A stretch of 64,000 nucleotides of DNA, taken from assembly GCF_009914755.1 (NCBI RefSeq), contig NC_060938.1; one strand, written 5' to 3'. Numbering within the stretch: the first letter of the stretch is position 1; each line of letters begins with the position of its first letter. Below are positions 44,935 to 58,629 of the stretch, in pieces. A program made the position numbers and the translations under genes. Source of the stretch: the human T2T-CHM13v2.0 reference genome, Homo sapiens. The notes under the pieces are model-generated. The model saw nothing but the letters and a program-made list of their open reading frames with translations, had not been told where the DNA came from and ran no database searches.

Positions 44935-47900
44935 ATTAATTCTTTATTTAACATTATTGTTTGCTCTATGTATTTATTTCTTAATGTTTTCATTACTTTT
45001 AAAAACATATTCTTACATTCCTCCCCTGTTTATTTTAAAATTTAATTGTACTTTATCATGCTTATATCACCTTCCATGTTAGTTAAGGTAACACTGGCTG
45101 CTTTACAAAACTTCACTTCAGTAGTTTAATATACAATAATTTATTCCTAACTCACATTAACACTCCAGTGTCATTTCAGGTAGTAGAGTTTTGCTCTGCT
45201 TAATAATTTTGGAACCCATAATGACAGATACTCTGTACCTAACTCTACACCTTCAACTGGATGTGAACATCAAGCTGGCAGACAGGGAAAGAACATGAAG
45301 GATGATACCTGGCAGTGGGACACAGTTTAGTCACAGGCAGAAACTGGGAAGTTGACTCTAGCCATGTATTAAGCATGTACTAGCCAAAATCAGACACACG
45401 TGACTCTCCTTTTACTTAACAAGATATCAATTATATACATCACCAGGTTTTTCATATTTCTATCATGAAGTTACCAATACCAAGATATAATGGAAATAAA
45501 TTTTCAATGCTATCTGATGTTCAAAAGTACATTCAGGAGGAAAAATGAAATGGAAATTGATAAATATGCTAGTTTTCTTACCTGTTTTTATAATATATGT
45601 AATATTATCCTCTGAAAGTAATTTAAAGTCTTATTCCAATTAAAGTCTTATTCCAGTTGTTTATGAATTTGGCTCTCCAAAATGCCCATGCCACCTAGAG
45701 ATTAGTGATTTACTCTGATTAGTTCTGACTGTTTCCTCATGCACTGCATGTGCCATGAAGCAGGGACAAATCTATGAAGGCTTGAACAGCTCCAACAGTA
45801 AGGATGAGCATTCATACAGCATTGTCTCATGTCATCCTAAAATGCCTCCAAATATTCCACTAGAACCTTTCTAAAAAGAGTTTGTAATTAATATATAATA
45901 AACTTATTAAGACTGACTTTCCTGGTAGGTATTTATAAATAATATGCATTATCTGGGGAAAGGGAAATTATTCAAGAAGAGAACTAAGAGTTACTGAAAA
46001 TTTGCAACATTTCAGAATCACCAAATTTCTTCATGATTCATTCGCTCCACAGTCTCTGGAAGGAGAAAAAGCCTGGAATTAGCAAACTCACATCATTCAA
46101 TTTGGTGACCCACTGCTGAACAGGACCATAATTCTGTAGCAGCTCAGCTATGGTTAAGGATTAGGCTGAGGATTAGGTTACAAAGGTTAATTAAAGCACC
46201 CAAAGAAGGATTCAGAAGACAATTAGAATGCATCACAAAGCATCAGCACTACCTTGGGCTTTATGAGATATTTTGTACAGCTGGTCTTTGCTAAGCGGAA
46301 AGCTAGTTTTATGTCACTATAAATTACATTTAATTGCAGTTTTTGTTACATAATTTACTGCATCCTTGTCTTCTTAAAATTTCTAATTTAGCTCTACTTT
46401 TCGAAAGCTTGACTTCTTCTGTACTTTTTTTCTTTTGTTTGCACTGTATGTCCATCCTTTTTCCCACTGCAGTCACATATTGTCTAAGCCGTGGAGATTT
46501 GATCATTTATAGCCCAAATTCTTTGTTCCTCACTAGGAGTCAACTTCAACTTGCATCTGTCTCACTTCTAAATCTAAGTTCACTGATGAGATGGTTGGTC
46601 TATCCTGCATTAAGGCATTCCAAAGACTTCTAAAATAAGTCCTCATCCTAAAGAACCTGCTATTTGTATAAATACTTTGCGATCTTACCTCAATACAGCT
46701 CCCTTTTGTGTAAAATAGAATATTGGGAGGTTTATCTTGAGCCCCGCCTATAAAATTGATTATTAGATGTCGTGGAAGAAACTCATGATAGTGCTTCATC
46801 AGAACCGTTTCATGGCATGAGTCAAAGCTGCCATGTCATTGTTAGCTCTAGAAGATATCAAATTTTATCTGAATATTATGCAAGCAAATATTAGTATCTG
46901 GTGGTAAACCGGTAATATATTAAGCATGTTTTGGTGTTTCAAGGTTTTCTAATAACCGGAATTAGATTAGAATAATATCATATATCTTATACAGGGAAAT
47001 CCAAACACGCAGAATACATTTATGTTACTTCTCTCACCTAAGGGAATCTAAATTGGGTTACAGTGCATATAGGTTTGTGTGGGTATGTATGTGTATGTGT
47101 AACCCCAATAAAATAATCACACTTACATATATCTTGAAATCTGAATTATTCACATAAGAGTTTGTTAAACAATCTTTCCAAATCAGTGGAGGTAGGAATC
47201 ATCACCTTACTCAGCTGCATTTTTTCTGTAGGCTGGGGGACATGCAAAGACGTGATCAAAATAATAGCCTGATCCTATGCATGCACCTATATGCATGCAT
47301 ACATACACACACAGTACCCTTGTCTGATCATTTATAAAACAGATATAATAATAGGAGCTCAAAAAGCTATTATTAAGATAAATATATATTTCAATCTATG
47401 CGTAGTGTCTGACACATGCATTCCCAGTAAAAGTTAACTATTATTTTAACAATAGTGATTATTATTGTTCTTTGAACAATGTTTTATTATGGCTTTTATT
47501 ATTCTAACATAGGATATAGTTTGGGGCATCACGTTGTACCTTGTCTCTTTCATTAAGCAAGATGACCCTATTAACTATCTTAAACTAAATGTAAAATTGA
47601 TCTTTCTTTAAAATATTTGATGAACAAATTGAAGGATAGAAACGAATCCCTTCCCCTGAATTCTCATCTTTGCTTTGGAAAATATCTTTAATATTTAGCA
47701 TTTATCCTTTCTAAGGAATAAAATGGACAGAAAAGAAATGACATGGCACAAAGAGAAAAGAAGAACTAGAAAGATTGCTTAATGAGCACTTTGGTCTTCT
47801 TGTCCAAGAACTATTAATTTTTAATATTTGCATATATCAAAGTTTCCAAAAAGAACTACTTATGCATGTTTTCATTAATAATGCATCCATAAAAGCTGCA

Positions 47901-49510
47901 TCAAAATATACTAATTATACAATTATTCTCTTTCTCTTTATTTGACTTTTTTAGCATTCTTGTAATTGCCACAAACCAACTTCAAATCATATCATCAAAA
48001 TTCTATAGAAACAGCACAAATCAAAGAATGTATTTGATTCATCCTAAAATTTAATTAGAAAAGTGTATCTGTGACCTTTCTGTTGGAGAGTGTTGAATGT
48101 TTTTCTTAACAAATGTCCCCAGGCAAGAAATAATTATCATAAAATGTGAGAAAGGTACACTAAGGTACAGAGCAATGAGGTTATTTATCAGCTAATAGGG
48201 TATCTCACTGTTTGATATCATGCAAATTTTTTATCATTATGGAAATTTAATTTGCACCTCTGATTCCTTTGTGCTTTCCTTAAACCCAGTTCAGCTGTTA
48301 AGAGTTACCTTTTATCTCAATAATTGTAGCTCTGATTTATTCCTCTTTTTCAGACAGTGAAAATAGTCAAGAGGATTTCTGCCATTTATTGATTTGGAGA
48401 ACACACAGCAGTTCAAGGTTTTCTTAGTACTCAAAGGCAATTTAATTGTGCTTTCAATTGTAGTGACAGTAATTTGCAGGCACTTGGCTTGGTACTCAGC
48501 GTGGGTGCATTCTGAGAAGTAGTGGCAACTGCTCAGACATTCTAATTCTTCATTCTAATTGTCTGGCCATTCTTTCAGTTTAATAGCACATGCAAATTAT
48601 CACCTTATTCTTCAGTCAAACCATAAAACCAAGAACCAGCAGATCTGTTAATTGGAGTTTAATTTAGGATCTAGGCCAGATTTCTAGTAGGGTAATTCCC
48701 TAGATTGGCCTATAATTTCAGTGATACATTTTGTTTTCGTTCATTTTCTGACTTAAAACTATTGAACAATATTGCCTTATACCTTCCCCTACATCCCTAC
48801 TAAAAAGATGCAGACATATCTAAATTCTTAAATTAAGTTAAAATCATTCCACAACTAAGATGCCAAAACTTGATAACCTCATAAAATAATATTAAAAGTT
48901 TGGGATAGTATCTTATTATAAGAAAAACACAGTGAAAAAGATAAACTTTGAAAAGCCTTGGTGTTGTCAAGCTCAAGGCCACAAGCAGTGGTAACCTCTC
49001 AACTGAAGCCCTTGATTAGAGGGCAGCCACAGGCCATCCTAGTCATCACAGCCACCTTTGCCTGAACACTTTGGCTATTGAAAATGCCATTCTGCATTTG
49101 GTTTGATCTCACAAATCAGGAATCTCGTACATGTCCAAAAATTGTCATTCTAATCTGGGAGACATAAGTAAAAGCAAATGGATTTAATTCAACAACTGTG
49201 TACAAAGTGACTATCTGCCAAGTCAGTTTTAAGGGCAGTGGACAATATAAAAATAATAAAAGCAGAGTTTGCATCCCCTAATCTAGTAAGGAGTTTGGCA
49301 CTTGCAAAATCTGTGCATAACACAAGGCAAAGAAAGGCAGTAAATTCTATAAGAAGGGAACGAAGTGGAATAGGAAGCCAGAGAAAGAAGGTAATTCTAT
49401 TAAGGACATGAATACTAGAGACCTCGACATGATTCCGAGTTTAGTCCAATGTAATAGTACAGTTCTCCTAAAGGCATAGCCTGATGGTTCTATACAAGTG
49501 ACAATTGTAA

Positions 49511-49912
<402 letters not shown>

Positions 49913-50205
49913 TAAATATTCAAACTAATGAAGCAATGACCTATTAGAAGGTTTATTAGAAACTTAGTTTAACTGGCTTCACTTAGTAATGGTAAATATT
50001 TCATAGTTATATAATCATTTCCTTACTTTCTACTTATTCACAATATTATATACCATTGAAAATAATCCAGGTATCTGATTATTTGAGGGTGAAATATATA
50101 TTGGGTTATTAGTTTAAATCTCCTAAATTATGAAGAGGGAACCAGACACTCAAGGAGTTTACGTGACTCTCCCAATGTCACAAGTAGTTAAAATGGGCAG
50201 TGCTT

Positions 50206-50549
<344 letters not shown>

Positions 50550-51224
50550 TTATCTTTTGATGATCAATATTTCTGATAATTCAGTATCCAGCTAGCAACT
50601 ATTTAAGAATTATCTTTATGTACTTGCACAGTTTAGGTTGATAACACTTTAAATATTTTAGTTTAGAGCTCTTTTAAAGATTTGCAGTTTTGTTAAAAGG
50701 ACTTTATTGCATAGCAGCACTCTGTATAGTTTAGTTTACAGAGGCATAGGGACATAAAATAATGATTGCTCACTCCCTTTCAATCCCAAATTAGAAACAT
50801 TACAGGTACATCCTGAAGGTCTTCAGAATGTTCCTCTATGGTATAACTTGGACAAGTTGAAAGAGGTTTATGAAAACCAAAGGACAGGATGAGAAAAGAG
50901 TTAAATACACCCAAGTAATTATTGTGGAGCTGGATAAAATTAAAAAGGAACTAAAAATCCAAAGAATATTAGACACAAGGCAGAAGGAATTGCTGCTGGG
51001 TTAAACACGAAGATATTATACACTGTGCATCTCTGGAAGGCAAACAAGAAAACAACAACAACAACAATAGTTTACAGGGTTTTTTGTTTGTTTGTTTGTT
51101 TGTTTTTGCAGAATGGGCTTTATGCCAATTGGATCAACTCCAATAGGCAGAATTAGAATGATCTCAGTTCAGTAGCTAGAAGATAATTTAGGTCCACTAG
51201 AAAAAAGAACTTTCTAACAGAGCT

Positions 51225-51405
51225 TTCAGATAGGAAATGGGAGTTGTTGTTTAATAGGTTTAGAGTTTCAGTTTTGGAAGAGGAAAAATTTCTGGAGATT
51301 GCACAACAATGCAAATATACTTAACGCTACTGAAATTTACACTTAAAAATAACTAAGATGATATATTTTATGCTATGTATATTTATCACAACTTTTAAAA
51401 TTTAA
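51225..51405 (+). mobile_element. L1MB-like 3' end fragment
   Basis: GGGAGTTGTTGTTTAATAGGTTTAGAGTTTCAGTTTTGG...ACACTTAAAAAT. Confidence 0.8.
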
Positions 51406-51714
51406 ATGTAATGTACCACTCTGTAAGGTAATGATGACCCATTTTTATAAGTACTCTGGCTGGGAACACAACATAGCATTTATGTTATGGAGGGAAACTA
51501 CCACATTAAATAGAAGGTTGAATCAGAGACGTTGGGAAATCCTTTCTAACTTCAAGAGGTTAGAAATTTAGCACTGACTTTCTCTTTTGAAGCTACATTT
51601 ATTTTATCAAATTCTCAAAGAAGTAAGTAAGTAACCAAAGATGACTGGAAACTACAGATTAACAATGATCCAAGGGGGCAAAAATTCAATCTAATAAAAA
51701 TATTAAACACACGT

Positions 51715-52507
51715 TGTATCAATTTCCTAAGACTGCCATAACAAAATACCGCAGAGTGGATGACTTAACAGAAATATATTGTCTCACAGTTCTGGAGGCT
51801 AACATAAAAAACCAAGCTGTTGGCCAAGCTATGATCCCTCTGAAACTTGTAGGGAATCCTTCCTTGCCTCCTCCTAACTTCTGGTGGTTTTCTGGCAATC
51901 TTTTGCATTCCTTGGCTTGTAGCTGCGTAATTCCAATCTCTGCCATTGTCATCACTATGTGTTCTCTCCGTGTCTCTATGTTTTCATACAGTCATCTTTT
52001 TTATAACTGCAACAGTCATATTTTATTAGGGTCCACCCTACTCCAGTATGATCTCATCTTAACTAATTACATTTGCAAAGAAATAATAACAGAAAACTTC
52101 TCAAACTTGAGAAAGACACAAACATCCAGGTACCAAAAGGTCTTAGAACACCTAACAGATTCAACCCAAATAAGACTATTCCCAAGCACATAATAATCAA
52201 ACACTCAAAAGTCAAGGGCAAAGAGAAGATCCTAAAAAACAGCAAGAGCTAAGAAGCAAGTAACATGTGAGAGAACTCCAATTAATCTGACAACAGACTT
52301 CTCAACAGAAACCATACAGGCCAGGAGGGAGTGGAATGACATTTTCAAAGTGCTCAAAGAACAAATTAGACTCCAAGAATATTTTATCAAGCAAAATTAT
52401 AATGCAGTGACCCTATTTTCAAATAAGGTCCCATTCTGAGATACTGTGGGTTGGGACCCCAACATATATTTTTTTGTGTGTGGGGAGACACAGTTTAACC
52501 TATAAGA
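51715..52507 (-). mobile_element. Solo LTR, MLT1C-like, interrupted by an L1 ORF1 fragment
   Basis: TGTATCAATTTCCTAAGACTGCCATAACAAAATACC...GACCCTATTTTCAAATAAGGTCCCATTCTGAG. Confidence 0.85.
52076..52400 (+). mobile_element. L1 ORF1 internal fragment
   Basis: Translates to degraded KEIITENFSNL...HIIIK.SKVK.KEKILK...DFSTETIQARREWNDIFKVLKE, L1 ORF1p RRM/CTD. Confidence 0.88.
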
Positions 52508-52620
52508 TAAACTGTGCAAGATATTTTCCAGATTAAAGGATTACTAGATGATCTTCCTATGATAAATGAAAGTTTTGCCTTATTCTTCACTGAAGCCCTA
52601 GTACCTGACCCAAACTATCA

Positions 52621-52993
<373 letters not shown>

Positions 52994-53454
52994 CTATGAG
53001 TTCATGTTGAAATAATAAATTTAGCATGTCCTTTGGAAATCTAACAGCATAGCCCCAACAAGAAGTTACAGAACTAATTTAGTTTATAAATCACCAGCAT
53101 CACTTGCCTTTTATTCAGCTGTGAGACCTGGACCTACAACAGATAACAATTTCAGGATCATTAGCATTCTCTTAATACCACTTTCTGTGGAAAGATGAGC
53201 TGTAATGGATGTCTGGAAACTAGCCCATTTCAGCAGTGAAGAGTTCAGATCACGCCACACAGCTCCTCAAGATGTTATTGAGAATTTCAAAGAAAATGAA
53301 CAGCAGGGTAGTGTGACAGTTATTGTGTAAGTAATCCCAAGTGAGGTCATTGCAAACAAGAGAGATTGAAGAAAGGCTTTCTATGAGTGACTGATTAACA
53401 TTTTCAAATAACTTGATGTGATTGTGGAAAACAGTGATAGACAAATCAAAATGA

Positions 53455-53809
<355 letters not shown>

Positions 53810-54461
53810 TCAGAGTAAATGGTAACAAGATACTAAAATTGCAGCTACTAGAATAAAGCAAATGGCAAATATCAACTGTACATGATGTAGAAATGACAGT
53901 TGTACTTTTTCTTTTTAGCCTCATCCACACACAGAAATGCTATTGTCACCATCAGTACTTTATCAAGAAGAGAATAATAACATATTCAGAAAAATATGCC
54001 TCAGACATTTCTACAAGTACAAATCTTAAAAGATTTTTGTTTCCACATGTGCCTAACAAATTGTGGGCATTCACTCAATCTAACAGAGGTTGACAGCCCA
54101 GTTTCTCAAAATAGGATTCACACTTTATGTAACTTTTATGTATATGCTTGATCCAAGTAAAGTTAAATATGACAGAAGAAAATCATATTTTACCCAACCA
54201 TCAAGGTGGACTGGAATAGAAGAACCTAAACTGGTATGTCAAGAATAGTCAAGAAAGACCCATCATACTAACCTAGCTGCCTTAGCCTGGCACTGAGGAT
54301 TTTGATTTTCTTCATGTCAGAAGTGAGAGACAGCAGCAGGCTGGTCAGTGCCTCACCCTTGTTATGTGCAGAGCTGAAGAGATTGACCTAGATGCGTCTG
54401 TTTGTAATCACACCTCATGAGAAATACCCCACCATCCTCCAGATATCCATCTGGATACATA

Positions 54462-54590
54462 TAGACAGAGTCTTGCTCTGTCCCCCAGGCTGGACTGCAA
54501 TGGCTCCATCATGGCTCCCTGCATCCTTGAACTCCTGGGCATAAGCAATCCTACTGCTTCAGCCTCCTGAGTAGCTGGGACTACAGGCAT
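54462..54590 (-). mobile_element. AluJ/FRAM fragment
   Basis: AGACAGAGTCTTGCTCTGTC...GTAGCTGGGACTACAGGCAT. Confidence 0.85.
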
Positions 54591-55076
54591 CAGATATTTT
54601 GAAGAGTCACTCCATTCTTCATATTTGCCAAATAGGAACCTTGAGATATTTTCCCCCTCCTACATAATATACATTCACCAAGCACAAGAATATTCTAGTC
54701 ATAACTGTATAATACATGCATGACCTTAATGACTTTCAAGCACTTGTCCAGGACATATTCACATTCAAAATGTTTTTAGATCCCAAAAGAAATAAATGTT
54801 AATTTAAAGTACAAACAGCAAAGAGACATCTAAAAGTTAAGCATGTCCTCACATCATTTTCTTCATTATATCAGATCATTAAAGTCTTCAAAATTGTCTA
54901 TTATAGAGACATTTTATATTTTAGTGAAGTGTTACTTATTTAAAATGGATTTAAATAAAATTATAAGATAGTACTTTGCACTATTAGACTCCGCACAACA
55001 TCAGATGCAAATAACAATTACTGACTGATAAAATAAATACCTAAAGCAATTACTCAAATCAAAATAAACATAATTC

Positions 55077-58000
55077 TTTTTATTATTTCATATTGAAGTA
55101 TAACTGACTTTGACATAAAAAAGAACGCATACCTAAAAGTGTACCATCAGAAAGATTTTGACATATGGATACATCCTTAAAACTGTCACTTCAATCAAAA
55201 TAATGAACATATCCTTTGCCCCCAAAAGTTTCCTCGTGCCCCATTATTATCTTTCCCTCAAGTTTCTGCCTCATCTTCCCCAGGTAAACATTGACTTGCT
55301 TTTCACTACAATAGATTAGTTTACAGTTTCTAGAATTTTCTATAAATAAAATCACACAATATGTACTCTTTTTTTGTTTTAGTCCGGCTTCCTTCCCTCA
55401 GTACAATTGTTTTCTGTATCATCTATTTTGTTGTATATAACAGTAGATCATCCCTTCTTTATTCCTGAGTAGTATTCCATGGCATAGATATACTACAAAT
55501 CATTTATCCATTCCTCTGTGGAATTTTGGATTCTTTCCAGATTTTGGCTATTACAGATAAAGCTGTGCTGAATATCTACAAGTATCTGTATGGACATATG
55601 TTTTTTTGTGGGAAGGCAGGTCAATGTCTAGAGTAGAACGATTGAATCGTATGTAGGTATATGCCAAGCTCTTTTCCAAAAAATTGATTGTGCCATTTTA
55701 CATCCCCACTAGCAGGGTGTGAAAGTCTACTTTCTCTACATTCTCATTAACACTTAGTATAGTCAGTGTTTCTCATTTCAGCCATTCTAATAAATGTTTA
55801 ATGGTATTTCATTTTGGTTTAAATTGCATTTACCTAGTGACTAATGATGCTAAGCATCTTTTCCTGTGCCTATTTCCCATTGTATATCTTATTAGGTAAA
55901 GGGGACGTTAAAATCTTTGTCCATTTTATAGAGAGTTTTTATTTGCTTATTATTAATTATTAAGCTTTGAACCTTCTTTATATATTCTGAAACAAATCCT
56001 TTATCAGGTATATGAATATTTCCAAATTTTTTCTCCCAATCTGTGCTTGCTCTTTTATTCTTTTAACAATGTTGTTCAAAAAGCAGTTTTTAATTTTATG
56101 AAGTCCAAACTATAAAATTATTATTTTATGAACGATGATTTTGGTCGTGATTTTGACCACATCTAAGAAATGTTTACCTTACCCACATTGACAAAGCTTT
56201 ATTTCTGTTAATTCTTCTAGAAGTTTCATAGTTTTACATTTAGGTTATTGATTTTTTTTTTTTTTTTGCATTCAGGTTTGCAGTTTCCTAGCACCATCTG
56301 TTGAAAATACTAACTTTTCTCCTCTGAATCACCTTTGCACCTCTGTCAAAAATCAGTTTTTCTCTCGTATTTTCTTTTCTTCAATTTTCTAGAAGAGGCC
56401 AAGAATTCACCAGTGAAGTCATCTGGACCTGGAATTATCTTTGTAAAATGGTTTTTAACTACCTATTCAGCTCCTTTAACAGAGCTATTTATATCAGATA
56501 TATTAACTATATCTTTTTAAACAAACTTCAGTAGTTTATGTCTTTCATAGGTATCTAAGCTATCAAATTATTTATAAAAATTTGTTCATAATATTTTCTT
56601 ATTATCTTTTTAATATCTGTAGAATCTTTATATTATTCCATATATGGGCAATTTCTGTTTTCTTGCTTTGCTTTCTAATCAATCTGGCTACAGATTTATC
56701 AATTTTATAGATGTTTGCAAAGAAGGAGCATTTGATTTCATTGTATTTTTATTGTGTTTTTGTTTTCTATTTCACTGATTGCTACTCTGATATTATTCTC
56801 TTTCTTCCACAATAGCGGGAGAGTGCTCCTTTTTTTACTAGTTTCTTAAAATGGAAACTGAGGTAACTGATTTGAGAATTTTTTCAAATAAATATGTTTA
56901 ATACTGTAAATTTCTCCCTAATTACTGTTTACTGGTAACTCACAAATTTTGATATATTTGTGTTTAATTCTCACTAAGTGCAAAATACTTTCTAATTTCC
57001 TTTTGTATTTATATTTTACTCATGAGTTATTTAGAAGTATATTATTTAGTTTCCAAATATTTAGGAATTTTCCAGTGACCTTTCTGTTACTGATTACTAA
57101 TTTAATTCCACTATGATTTTAAAATATGTTTTGTATGGTTTGAGTATTTTTAAACTTATTAAGACTTATTTTATGGCCCAGAACATGGTCTATCTTGGTA
57201 AATGTTTCACATACGTGTGAAAATAATGTGTATTCTGCTGTTGTAAGTGGCTGTGTTCTAAAAATGTCAATTATGTCTATTTGGTTGTCATTATTGTTCA
57301 ACTCTAAATCCTAATGATGTTTCTCTAGTTAGTCTATCAATTATTGAAAGGTATTGAAATCTCTGACTATAACTGAGGATGTGTTTATCTCACCTTTCAG
57401 TCCTATCAGTTTTTCCTTCATATTTTTGAAACTCTGCTATTAGGTGCCTGATTGTTTAGGATTGTGTATACTCTTGATTAAATAACCATTTTATTATTAT
57501 GAAGCTATATCCTTTATTTCTGCTAACATTCTTTGCTCTGAGATCTAATCTTTCTGATAATAATATAGCTACTATCTTTTTATTACTATTAGCATGGTAT
57601 ATATTTTCCTATCCCTTTTTTATTGCATGGATGTTAACATTTTAATGTTCCTCCCTTGAAACTTTTTTTGCATATATAATCATATTTTCTTACAAATTGA
57701 GTCCCAAATTATGTACCTGCCTTTTCATTTAACATACTTAAAATTAAAAATACACATAGTTTTGTTTCCTATTTTGTTTACTAAATATTGTGTTTGATCT
57801 TTATTTTTATTTATTTACTTATTAATTTATTTTTTGAGATAGAATCTCGCTCTGTCGCCCAGGCTAGAGTGCAGTGGCTCGATGTGGGCTCACTGCAGCC
57901 TCCGCCTCCCAGCTCAAGCAATTCTCCTGCCTCAGCCTCCCAAGTAGCTGGGATTATAGGTTCATGCCACCACACCCAGCTAACTTTTGCATTTTTAGTA

Positions 58001-58155
58001 GAGACAGGGTTTTGCCATGTTGACCAGGCTTGTCTCGAACTCCTGACCTCAGCCTCGGCCCGCCTCGGCCTCCCAAAGTGCTGGGATTACAGGAGTGAGC
58101 CATTATGCCCGGCCATACTTTTACTTTTAACCTACTTGTTTTTTTACCTTTAATG
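55077..58155 (-). mobile_element. Old L1M element (3' end at left, endonuclease region at right), internally deleted and interrupted
   Basis: TATTGAAGTATAACTGAC 3'-end pattern; ORF 57119-57301 (IDIFRT..TTAEYTLFS..TFTKIDHVLGHK.SLNKFK) is the L1 ORF2 endonuclease domain. Confidence 0.85.
57800..58114 (-). mobile_element. Alu (AluS) nested in L1
   Basis: Reverse full Alu with (TTTA)n-type tail; atypical AGCCTCGGCC at ~58051-58060. Confidence 0.95.
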
Positions 58156-58629
58156 TATTTGGATCATCAGCTGAGTTTGTTAAATGCTTTGTAATTCAGA
58201 GACTTTGTTGTAGGTTACTTGTGTAAATAAGAGTCAACCTAAAATTTACAAGACAGTACTTTACATATATTATTTAATAGAATATCACATGCAAATAACA
58301 ATTACTGATAACAAATTAAATATCCAGAGTAGTCACATCAAAATAAAAATATATAAACTTTTTATGTTAGTTTAAAGCAGAACTGATTAGCCTAAATGTC
58401 TTTGAAATATCTTATTGAATATTGATATTTTTTAAATTATTTGGTAAATTAGATTCATCAGTCTTGTTTAAGAAGAAAGTGAATGGGTAGTCTGATATTC
58501 ATGTACAAAAAAAAGATAGTACAATATATATTTTGTAAGTCTGAACAAGAAGTAGACAAGTGAATCTAATATATTTGATTGTGTATGTTATTTTCTATCC
58601 TTGCCTACAAATATATATAATATGTTTGC

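Noticed and set aside
48180-48660. Two ATGCAAAT octamers (48220, 48590) in unique DNA
   Set aside because: Several octamers are expected by chance in 64 kb of AT-rich DNA; no independent support
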